64,000 nt of DNA from Lama guanicoe (lineage: Eukaryota), in assembly GCA_013239625.1 (NCBI GenBank), contig MU054391.1, positions 4,919,824 to 4,983,823 on the forward strand. The letters are read 5' to 3'. A program made the translations under genes and the position numbers. A model generated the notes under the pieces. It worked only from the letters and a program-made list of their open reading frames with translations. It had not been told where the DNA came from and made no database searches. Shown here one piece after another: positions 25,940-36,290 of the stretch; position 1 is the first letter of the stretch, and each line of letters begins with the position of its first letter.

Positions 25940-26530
25940 AGAAGTATCCGCGCTGGCGCCTCCTGGGTGTCACCAGTGCCCCATCGCCAGCCCCCGGGTT
26001 GGGAAAGGGCAGTGGCCAAAGCACCGAGGGCGCAGGAAGCGTGTCTGCCGAGCGCGCCCCTCCCGGGCCTGAGCCCACGCGCGCGGCGGGGCGGGCGGGT
26101 TCCTCCCGACTGAAGTCATGCACTTGGCGCGCGGCGTTGTGGCCAGCGCGCAACCGTGGCTTCGGCCACAAAAGCGGGGGCGGGGGAAGCACACAATGTG
26201 TTTCTTGTTAGGAACTCGCAAGCCGGCCTCAGGTTTTGCTTTTGGTGCCGCATTATAGTATTAAGATGCAGCTAGATTCCGGACAAGCCCGCCCTCGTCG
26301 CTGGCTGGAGAGGTCTGCTGCGGATTCCCACGGACGAGGTGGGGGGCAGACCCCCTCCCCGGCCTGGGCGCTGCGTCAGGCGCAGGAGGCGCACGGGTGG
26401 CAACTGGGGGTCCCCATGGTGACCCAGGCTCCCTGCGGGGACCGGACCCCGCGACGCGCGCCTCCGGGAAGCGCAGACTCGGCGACGCCAGCCCCGTGCC
26501 CGCCAGCTCGCAGGCGGCCGAGGGTTGTTT
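25940..26530. promoter_or_regulatory. CpG island ~5 kb upstream of ID2
   Basis: Dense CpG/GC content with GGGGCGGG boxes (~26088, ~26177). Confidence 0.7.
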
Positions 26531-28049
26531 TCCAAGACCTTATCTCTCACTCAAGTTAATTTTCTTTTTTAATTTGGTGACCGGAACAAAAGTCACAGGA
26601 AAATCCTTTGTGAAAGACAAACGCGGCCACAAATAGGGGCATTTCACAGCATTTGTAACTAAATATTTGCCGTGCTGGTAGTTAAATGGGCCCCTCCGCC
26701 CAACTTTCCAAACTTTGCTTTCTTTGAACGGGGCTGAAAGGTGATCTCCCTACAAGATCAGACGGTTGAAAGCAATTGGATTTAGCACGGCGTTTTTCCT
26801 GGTGCTCTTGAGATCTCTGGGCAAACAGGACCACGGGCGAATCCTAGAAGGAATTAGGGCCGCGATGGGGGAGGCAGGACTGTTAAACCATTGTAGGAGC
26901 TGAAGCGCTTTGCCAATGCAATTTATTAGCTGTGTGCGACAAGAAGTATGAGAGGCTAGGCAGGTCTTCCAGAATACCCAAAGGGAGAAGAATAAACATC
27001 CCCTTGTTTGCTTTTTGTGGTTTTGCTCATTTTCTCCCCCTCTCGTGTCCCCTCATCGAAGTCTGTTTTAAACTCAAATTAGGTTATCTGGTTTCAGGGT
27101 AAGGGCTCTCTCTTGCCAAGGTATTAAATAAACAAGTAAAGCAAAAACTTGAATCCTTATGTAATCCAGATGCAGTTTCCTCGAAAACCACAACAAACTC
27201 TGCTAAACCAGATAACAGGACCGGGAACAGTCCTGACCCCACCCCCCGCGGTTTTAGGGCCAGCAGAGGACATCCAGATTCAGGAGCTCCTCTCCAGAAC
27301 GGGTGATAGATAATTGATGCTAACGCTCTACACTGCGGATGCGCACCCCTGAGGGATCCGGATGCCATAAACTGTCCGGGAATGTTGGCATCTAGTTCTT
27401 AAAATGGAACTTTCCCTAGAGATAAAGCGGCCACCGAAGAGGCGTCTGCGTCCGCGGGCTGCTTGGAACTTTCTGGCCTCTTCATGTTCTCAGTTGAAAA
27501 CGCAGCATTGGAATGGGGCTAAGTCTGCCCGGCTTTGTAGTGGTAATGAGGACGCAGACGCGGGTCTGCTGGCGCGCAGAGGCTGGGAGCAGCGGGACCC
27601 GGCTGCACATCCTCCCTCCTGGGAGGTGAGGGGGGGTGCTGTTCCGGAAAAATGTGATGGTATTTAGTGCAACCCCCAAGGGCTCCGAGGAGGAAGGCAA
27701 GGGACAGTGGGCGGTGGGAGTAAGAGGGGGTCCTTCAAAGGTATTTTTAGGAGTCTAGCATCAAAGTCATCCCCAAGAGGATCCAAAGGAATAAATAAAT
27801 CTCGCCATCGCCTAAGACAGTCACCTTCTCCCCATCCGCCCTTCCCTCGCGCCAGCCCCACCCTGAACGCCTCGGTTGCAAAAACAAATAAAATAAAGCA
27901 AAACCTTTTGCTTTGGCAACCTATTAAGCCACATTACGCCTCCTTCTGCACAAGGAAGATTTCTTTCTTCTCCCTCTCCCGGCTTTTTTTCTTCTCTCCC
28001 CAACCCCCCTTTTCTTTTCTTCTCGGTCCTCCTTCCTTCCCCCAAATCG

Positions 28050-28560
28050 CTCGAAACTTAAGACGTGCAGCGGCTGCAGGTGCGCGCGGGCCGGGCGGCC
28101 GGGCCGGGCGAGCCTGGGACGGCCGGGCCTCGCAGGCATTGATCAGCTGGGCGCGCGCGCTGAGTGACGGCGCGGTTGCCATGGCAGCCGCCTGAGCGGC
28201 GCCGCGAGGACAAGGCTGCAGGGCGGCGTGAATGGGCGGCGTCACGCGCCTGGCGCCAGAGAGTCTGCTCCGGGGCTCCGGCTCCGGCCCCGCCGCGGCC
28301 TGGCCCGCGCGCCGCCGCCGCCGCCGCCAATTCATCACCTGTCAGGGATCACTCGGGGGGTCACGGACGGAATGGACACAGCTGTGAGAACAAAACCAGG
28401 GGGAAGAAAGGCGAGACAGCGAGCGGCTGGACGCGCTGGGAACCGACGCCCGGGCCTGGGGTGGAGACCCGGGCCTGGGGTGGAGACCGAGCGAGTGAGG
28501 GAGTCCGGGAACCAGGTTAGGGGAACTTCCAGGGCACGCGTGTGGCTTTAAATGGGGGGG
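28050..28560. promoter_or_regulatory. Upstream CpG island with ID2 BMP-responsive element and RFX X-box (~3 kb upstream of ATG)
   Basis: GGCGCC-N5-GTCTG at 28252-28267 (Smad1/5-Smad4 bipartite element); CRE-like GGCGTCA 28238-28244; X-box GTTGCCATGGCAGC 28175-28188; TGACG 28165-28169; (GCC)n run. Confidence 0.85.
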
Positions 28561-30889
28561 AGAACTACATCGCCACCCCGCCCCCCAGCCCCACCGGAAG
28601 CCATTCACACCTTCCCACCACCTACGGATCTCGAATCCAGGGCCCTTTCTGCAGCTGGGAGCATTTGAACTTTAGCGGCCTCAAATGCAAACCCACTGAG
28701 ACACCAATTGACAGATTTTTCAGTACCTTGTAACCCACCCCGAGAATGCTCCAACACCAGTTTCCGAATGAAAACATATTTGTAAAGGTAATTTCGTATT
28801 GGGCTTGCCGAGACATACTAGTGACTCAGGCCCTTTTTAAATCATTAATTTATACGGCTTCATCGTCCCCTTAAAAATGATCCTTAAATGAATGTGGAAC
28901 TGGGTAGCGTGCCAGTGGAATCGAATTCAACACAGGCTGACTGGACTCTGACATGGCAGCTAAAGAAAGAAACACCAGAAAACTTTCACCATATTTAGCA
29001 ATTTTACTACATCAGGGTACAAAAATGATCATGGGAGAAGGCACTGCCTTAATCAACTTTGCGAGTGTGTGAAGTAATACTGCACAAGGCTCATTAGGAA
29101 CCAGCCCAGAGCCTGGCTGTAGGGATAATGAGGCTGGCACGGACGTTCACATACGGTGTCCTTGGAAAAAGCTCGGAATGCGTCAGTATCGCAGGGCTGC
29201 AATGTCCAAGAATCACAAGTAATAATTTGAGAAACCCAAAGATGTTTGTTTACATTGGCTATTATTGTAAAATAGTCAAAGTATAACATCATGAACCAAA
29301 ATAGTGTCAAAACAAAATCTGTTCCACTGTGGCACGTATGTGACAGAAACACATGCACACAAAGTACATCAAAAGGCTCGAACTGTGGGGGACTCGGGGA
29401 TGAAATCATTTCCAGACTTAATATCAGAGGAGAGGCTGTTAATCGAATACTGTCAGGAGCAGAGTAGCAGGCAACATGAGTGGGGCCAGGCCCTAAGCAG
29501 ATTTCTCCGCTGGTCAGGATACCGTCCACTTCCATCCTCCAACCCAAAGCGGTGGGATTTTCTGAAAGTGACATCCACCCCGGCGCCACCAACTCTTCCT
29601 CCCTTAAAGGGAGACCCTGGGGCAGGCACAAGGCTGCAGCCGGTGTCAGAGACCAGCCAGCCCACCAGCTGAGGAATGAATCATTAATTGAAGGAAAAAA
29701 ACACTCTTTCCCCATTATTAAGCTTTGCTTTTTCTTCAGTTCTGCCCCCTTCCTCTTTCCGAAATGCAAAGAAGGTAGAGATTGAGACTAAAAGTAAACA
29801 AGATATTTACAAATATTATTTTATCAGATTTTCTAGTTTATTGCATTCTAGAGAAATAAGATTTTCAAAACATACCACTAATTTACTGTGATCTTCAGTT
29901 AAGCTAGAATTCTGTGTGAATTAACTGAAAGGGATTTCAGTAAATAACTGCAAACTTTTTCTTTATTGAGACCACAGGAATGAGTTCTTAAAGATTTATA
30001 GAAAAAGAAAAAAAAAGAACAAAACACAACCTGAAGCTGCGTCCAGGACTAGCGCTGAAAAGATTCCAAACCTAGTACATGACAGAATTTTCTTTTAATA
30101 GTGTGAAGCTGTCGACCAATGGCTGGGGCCACCTACCTGTCACAAAGCTTTAAAAATACAGTAGGTGCTGGAATGTGACACCACGATTTGTGCATAATTA
30201 ATCACATTACTTTGCCACCTACACTGCAGAGCACAGAGGGGCAGCCTCCCAAGGGCAGTGTATGCAAATACACTTTCAATATGCAAATTCCCCTAATGAT
30301 TTCCGATTAACAGCATCATTATAATAGCCCTTCCCTGTTCTAGAAAAGGAACCCGGAGAGCGTCCTGCCTCTGAACTCCTTAGCGATCAGCACGGTTTCC
30401 AATATGGACTCGTTTTACTAAGTTTACAATAATGCCTCCTGCGTTGCTCCGGGTTAGCAAGATCCCACACTAAACCTGCCACCGAATGCGCACACGGGTA
30501 TTTGTTTTTGTTTTTGTTTTACAAAGCTTTTCCTTATTTTAAGAAACCGAACTCACTCTACAAACGTCACTTGTCCGTGGCAAACTTATTTGCGTTTTCA
30601 CTTTCTTCAGAAATGCTATCTTGATGACATTCGGTGGGTAGTAGGGAACGATGGTGGCTCTCCCTCTGCTGTGCAGACCTTGCCCGTTTGGCTGTAACTT
30701 TAGGGATGCAGAAAGCTCCAAGGTGTAGAAAGCTTCGTCCTCGGTAGACACCTTAGGGAAAAGGTCCTGCCCCGCCATTGGGATTAGAATTGAGATGCAC
30801 ATTTAGATTCCCCGAGGTCTCCCGCCTCCCCCACCCTGCCCCCTCCTCCCCTCCCACCCGGCTTACTGTACTCTATTTACCACCCCAGC

Positions 30890-31100
30890 TGGGCTCGCGC
30901 CCGCCCCGCCCACTCCGCGGGGATTGGCTGCGAACGCGGAAGGACCGAGCGCTCGCCCCGCGCCCGCGCCCACCAATAGGGGCGCCCTCCCGGCCTGATG
31001 GACGCGCCGCCTTCCACCAATAAGGACGCAGGGAAGCCGGATCGTGTGGCCTGGGCGAGCACAGATAAAAGCAGCCCGGCCCGGCTCTCAGCTTCATTCT
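30890..31100 (+). promoter_or_regulatory. ID2: ID2 core/proximal promoter
   Basis: GC boxes 30901-30911; CCAAT boxes (ATTGG 30923-30927, CCAAT 30973-30977 and 31017-31021); TATA-like GATAAAA 31064-31070; Inr-like TCATTCT 31094-31100 with its A 32 nt downstream of the TATA-like box start. Confidence 0.85.
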
Positions 31101-31228
31101 GAGCCGAGCCTGGTTAGCAGCGCAGGAGGCTCCGTAGGCTCCGTAGGCTCCGTAGGCGGCGGCGGTGGCGGCCTGAGCTCTAGGGCAGCCCGCTCCCTCC
31201 TCCCGGTCTCTCCTTCCCCGCGCTCAGC

Positions 31229-31576
31229 ATGAAAGCCTTCAGTCCAGTGAGGTCCGTTAGGAAAAACAGCCTTTCGGACCACAGCCTGGGCATCTCCCGG
31301 AGCAAAACCCCGGTGGACGACCCGATGAGCCTGCTCTACAACATGAACGACTGCTACTCCAAGCTCAAGGAGCTGGTGCCCAGCATCCCCCAGAACAAGA
31401 AGGTGAGCAAGATGGAAATCCTGCAGCACGTCATCGACTACATCTTGGACCTGCAGATCGCCCTGGACTCGCACCCCACTATTGTCAGCCTGCACCACCA
31501 GCGACCCGGGCAGAGCCAGGCGTCCAGGACGCCGCTGACCACCCTAAACACGGACATCAGCATCCTGTCCTTGCAG
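31229..31576 (+). CDS. ID2: Inhibitor of DNA binding 2 (HLH protein), coding exon 1 (aa 1-116)
   Basis: Translation [82 protein letters not shown]...[17 protein letters not shown] is recognisable ID2 (HLH without basic region, D-box RTPLTTLN). Donor CAG|gtaaga at 31576/31577. Confidence 0.99.
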
Positions 31577-31892
31577 GTAAGACCTACTCCCGGTGCCCCG
31601 CTCGCTCCCGTGCATCCCCGCGATCGCCTGGGCGGCAGACCCATTGTCAAGGCGGCCGTAGACGGTGACTTACAGATGAGATAATTAACTTTATCTTTAA
31701 AAAAAAATTAATAAATCTGCTGTAGATTGAGTCGTGTGTGAAATGACTGATAAGTTCTGACACGTTAATGCGTCTTTGAGTCCGAATTTAGCATAAACTT
31801 GATGTTCTGTGGACTACTTAAAAAACAGAAATAGAGGCTCTTTCTCCTTAAGGTTGTCTAACATCATGCCTTTTATCACCTTTCTCTCGCAG

Positions 31893-31949
31893 GCTTCTGA
31901 ATTCCCTTCTGAGTTAATGTCAAATGACAGCAAAGCGCTCTGTGGCTGA
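31893..31949 (+). CDS. ID2: ID2 coding exon 2 (ASEFPSELMSNDSKALCG*, aa 117-134); exon runs to 31956
   Basis: Acceptor tttctctcgcag|GCT, phase 0. Gives the canonical ID2 C-terminus and 134 aa in total. TGA at 31947-31949; donor ATG|gtgagt at 31956/31957. Confidence 0.98.
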   Translation, partial: ASEFPSELMSNDSKALCG

Positions 31950-32725
31950 ATAAATGGTGAGTGTTTGTGCCGCCGGTTGAACTGCCGCTTGGAGTGTATG
32001 TGCGTGCGCGTGTGTGTACTTGCGGATCTGTAAGATTTGGGGCTTCATAACTGAATGTGTATTTTGTTGTATTTCACGTAGTGCGTTGTTTACGTGTACT
32101 GGACATGAAGGGGCATCTAGCTTCTGTTACTCGAGATCACAGAACATTTTCCTTTAAAAAAAATGATGTTAGTAACTTAGTATGAAGGTGGCCGGGGGAA
32201 ATGTGTACTGGCTTCTGTGCGCATGTAACATGCCCCGGCTGTTTCCTGCGATCGCTCTGGTACTACGAGGTACTAACCTCCGTGTAATTAATCTTATCGC
32301 CGCAAATTCCATAGGGATCCTCCTTCCCTGAAACTCCAGCCCTCTGGGATTCGGCTAGCCAAGCATTGCTGCCCTGTGCCCCAGACCCTGTGATGTGGGA
32401 TTCCGACTTCCCTATCTGTTAACTAAAGGGCTGTTTTCAATCAAATAATTGTTACAAGAAGCAGACTGGCGCCTGCGAGCACTCCGTTGGAGATCCAAAT
32501 AGGAGATTGCGCTGGGAAGTTTTTCCCCTGAGTCTCTGTATTTTCATGTTTAATTTGCGCTGTGGAGGCCGAGTGTGTGTGTTGCATCTGGACGCCAGGG
32601 TTTGCCCAACGTTTGAGTGTTTGGTTAAATGTTCAAACTGCGGCTTCCTCCTGGCGCCAGTCTGCCCGCCTCTGCCCTTAGGTTACAATCTCCTAAACAA
32701 TCCTTTCTCTCCCGATCTTTTGCAG

Positions 32726-33490
32726 GTGTTCATGACTTTTTTTTTTCTCTTTGCACAACAACAACAACAAATCCACGGGCTCTTTTAAGGCGCTGAACTT
32801 ATTTTTCAACCATTTCACAAGGAGGACAAGGCTAAGTCGAATGGACCTTTTTTAAAAATGGAAGGAAAACTAAGTGATCAAGTTCCCCAGGGTGTTCTCT
32901 GACCTGGACTGTGATATTAGTTATTTATGAAAAAGACTTTTAAATGCCCTTTCTGCAGTTGGAAGGTTTTCTTTATATACTATTCCCACCATGGGGAGCG
33001 AAAATGTTAAAATCACAAGGAATTGCCCAATTTAAGCAGACTTTGCCTTTTTTCAAAGGTGGAGCGTGAATACCAGAAGGACCCAGTATTCAGTTACTTA
33101 AATGAAGTCTTTCGGTCAGAAATTACCTTTTTGACGCAAGCCTACTGAATGCTGTGTATATATTTATATATAAATATATATATATTGAGTGAAACCTTGT
33201 GAACTCTTTGACTAGAGTTTCCTTGTATAGTGGCAGAGATGAATATTTCTGCATACAAAGCGTAATGATGTACTTATTCATGCTAAACTTTTTATAAAAG
33301 TTTAGTTGTAAACTTAACCCTTTTATACAAAATAAATCAAGTGTGTTTATTGAATGGTGATTGCCTGCTTTATTTCAGAGGACCAGTGCTTTGATTTTTA
33401 TTATGCTATGTTATAACTGAACCCAAATAAATACAAGTTCAAATTTATGTAGACTGTATAAGGCTATAATAAAACACGTCTGAAGTCAAT
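32726..33490 (+). other. ID2: ID2 exon 3 (non-coding 3' UTR)
   Basis: Acceptor tcttttgcag|G at 32725/32726; AU-rich UTR; AATAAA at 33331, 33426 and 33468. The 3' end is estimated from the last signal. Confidence 0.9.
33331..33473 (+). terminator. ID2: ID2 polyadenylation signals (three AATAAA)
   Basis: AATAAA at 33331-33336, 33426-33431 and 33468-33473; T-rich sequence follows the last. Confidence 0.8.
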
Positions 33491-34499
33491 ACCTGAATTC
33501 TGAATGGTTTTTAAGATACTTGTCTTGTGCACTTGCTCCTTCTCTCTCTGTCTCACCATTTTACTTAGCCCTTTCTCGCCCATTCCTTCCACCACCCTCT
33601 AAGTCTTGGAACCTGTGTGCAGAGAAACCCTTTATCAGATGATCTGTGGGCAGGGCCAGCACTTGGGGGGCACAGGGCTGCAGCTGCTTCCGAGGAGAGC
33701 CGACAAGGGCTGGGGAGTCCGTAAACCAAGTTTCTCTTGGTCCGGCAAGGAAAGAGTAGTTTCTCTGCCTTGGGGCCGAGTCTCAAACCAGAGAGTTGCT
33801 GTGATGGTGACTCCTAGGAGTTAGATCCTTCAGATAAACTGGACTCTGGAAGGACTACCTGTCTGAGCAGACATCAAGGCACTCCTGGAGTAAATACAAC
33901 CGCTATCAACCCGAGGAGAAACGGCCCCACAGAATTCTGGAACTGATCAAAGACTTAGAGGAAGGGCAAACAATCCCTCGGTGTTACTGTTTGCCCCAAG
34001 TGACTGTTTGCCCTGGAAAGTAAGCTGTAATATGGCTCTGAGCTTGGGGCCGCTGCACACCCTCCCCGTACCTTCTCCACCTGTAGCTCACCCAGCCTCC
34101 CGGAGAAGGGCTTCAACCTGCTGGCCTTCTGAGACAGGTGGCTATGAAATCGCCCTTCACCATTGACTGCACTGACTGGGCCATGGCCTGCCCAGGGAAC
34201 GATAAGGGGGAGGGAATCAGAAAAAGGATCAGTTTCCATTGCAGCCATTCTGCGGCGATATTTGGACCCTGCTTTAAAATACATAGTTTATAATATAGAT
34301 GAGTGCTTAAAATTCAGGTGTGTGCATGTATTTGTATCCTCAAATTGGAAGACACTTCCCCAGGGGTGTGAGTGGGAGGGTGTGGGAGGTTCTGGAAGGC
34401 TGGTCTGAGGTGGATGGGCACTGGCCAAGGGAGGGGGGGGGGAGGACAGGACAGGCAGGAGAGAGAGGTCTCACCTGGGGCCGCTTTCTGAGGCCTAGT

Positions 34500-35420
34500 C
34501 GAGCAGGTGTTTGGGTGGCGCCACCGAGTCTGCCCCGGTGGCTGCCGCGTTTCCGGCCTTGACACGGAATCCATCACCACCCAGCCACCCAGCACGGGGT
34601 GGTGGGTTGGAGATTTGTCTGGGAGAGGTAGCCTGGGAATCTCAGCTCAGACCTGGCCAGGTTTCTGCATCCTCTGCGGGGGTCCCGACCCCAGACCCTC
34701 CTTCCAGGGCGGGGGTCTTGCAGCCGGCCAGGGCAGCTCTGCCCGTCAGCCAGTCCCCGGACATCATCCTAGTCTGAAGGTGAGCCCATGCTTTTTGATC
34801 CAGGCGCACTGCCGACGGCTGTCGTTGTTGATAATCATACCCCCAGGGAAGTGGGCTCTGGCTGCGATAGCGGAGCCAGTCATCCCGACCCAGGCTGCTC
34901 TTCTAGGCTGTCACTTGACGTCTGTCCACCTGTCGTCAGCCCCTCCAGAGCCCTGCGCGGGGCTGGACACCGGTGGGGTGAGGACGAGAAGCGTGTGACC
35001 GGGTTGCTGCCCAACCCCCGCCCCGTCCTTTCCTCCGGGGACAGCGGGGCAGAGGGGCGCAGACACCAGCCTCTGGTCGCCCCCAGCCTCGGTGACCCGA
35101 GGGGTGGGCTCAGATGGGCGAAAGGATCTGGCCCGGGAGGCGGGTCTTGAGCAAAATCTCCTTGGCTTTGCCGGGGAAGCTGTGCGGGCGGGGCTGGGCC
35201 CTTTCGAGCACCTGCACTGTCACTGGGAGCCAGGGACCGTTTGCAAGTTTGGGGCGACGACCTAGAGTAGCAGCAGCGTCAAGGGGAAGAGGCGCCTTTC
35301 GGAAGAGACTTTTCGCGGGGGAGCCCGAGCGGCCCTTCGGGTCCGGCTGGTGGAGGCCGGGCGCCACCTGCTGGCCGGAGCGAGGAAGGCGGCGCAAGAG
35401 CGGGCTCCTCGTAGGCTGGG
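34500..35420. promoter_or_regulatory. CpG-rich region downstream of ID2 containing a second bipartite BMP element
   Basis: CpG-rich; TGGCGCC-N5-GTCTG at 34516-34532. Confidence 0.6.
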
Positions 35421-35799
35421 GACTTGGGAGCTTGGAACCGGAGTTATTCAGCTGGAGAGAGTCAGGGAGAAAACGAATGGCGATGTCATGAAAGATTACT
35501 CCTCCAGTGTGTGGACAGTTGTCTCCACAGACCTTATTTCATCTTTGCTGCTTCATAGCTTGGATAGGATTCCCCTTTGCAAACTACTGTCTACCACCAA
35601 CGCGACACTAGGTGCTGTCCTGGATTTTAATAAAAGTCTTAGACACCAACCCCGGCCTCAAAAGATTGTAACCGGATTGCGGAGAAATGAATTGTGAGGT
35701 CAAGTGAAAGCCAGAACGTTTTCTTTTCTCTTTCCTCAAGTTTTTAATTTTATTTTTTCCAAAACAGCTTATAAACCTTAACCAGGACCTCCGACGTTG

Positions 35800-36290
35800 T
35801 GTTGCAGGAATAGGGAGGGGTGAGGGTGGACATCCTTGTCTTAGTCCAGACCTCAATGCGAATAGGTCAGACTTTCTCCGTTATACATGACCTGGCTTTA
35901 GCATTCTGTTGTAATATATAGTCTTTAACAATTTTAGGAAGAACTCTTCAGTTGTTGGACGGGTGGTGGGAATTTAAAATCATAATTTGGGGGTGAATTT
36001 GGTAAAATTGTTTTACTATATTCGTTGATACGATTTTTCTCTGGTGTATTACCCACATTTTTCTGATGTGAACTACGCTTGAATTTCTACAATAAATCCT
36101 GCCTGAACATGATGTATTATTACTTTGTATAGATTCTGCTGGGTTCTGTTAGTCAATATTTTGCTTGGAATTTTTGAGAATGAAATGGAGATGTGGTTTC
36201 TTTTCTTGTGCTGTTCCTATCTAAGTTTGGAATCAAGGTCACGCTAACCTCTAACAATAAATATATAAGTCAGTTTACATTTAATTTTAG
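35800..36290 (-). mobile_element. Old L1 ORF2 fragment, antisense
   Basis: GTGGACATCCTTGTCTT... matches the antisense of the L1 RT 'RQGCP' region; the track ORF 35608-35856 (-) contains LRQGCP. Confidence 0.75.

Larger units (their letters stand above)
30870..31670. promoter_or_regulatory. CpG island over ID2 promoter and exon 1
   Basis: Visibly GC- and CpG-dense compared with AT-rich flanks. Confidence 0.85.

Noticed and set aside
29053..29769. 238-aa minus-strand ORF upstream of ID2
   Set aside because: No domain or family resemblance, non-coding-like composition and no evident splice context. A translated lncRNA ORF cannot be strictly excluded without Ribo-seq or PhyloCSF.
31094..31498. 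134-aa antisense ORF over ID2 exon 1
   Set aside because: Shadow frame caused by GC-rich codon usage of ID2; no recognisable protein.
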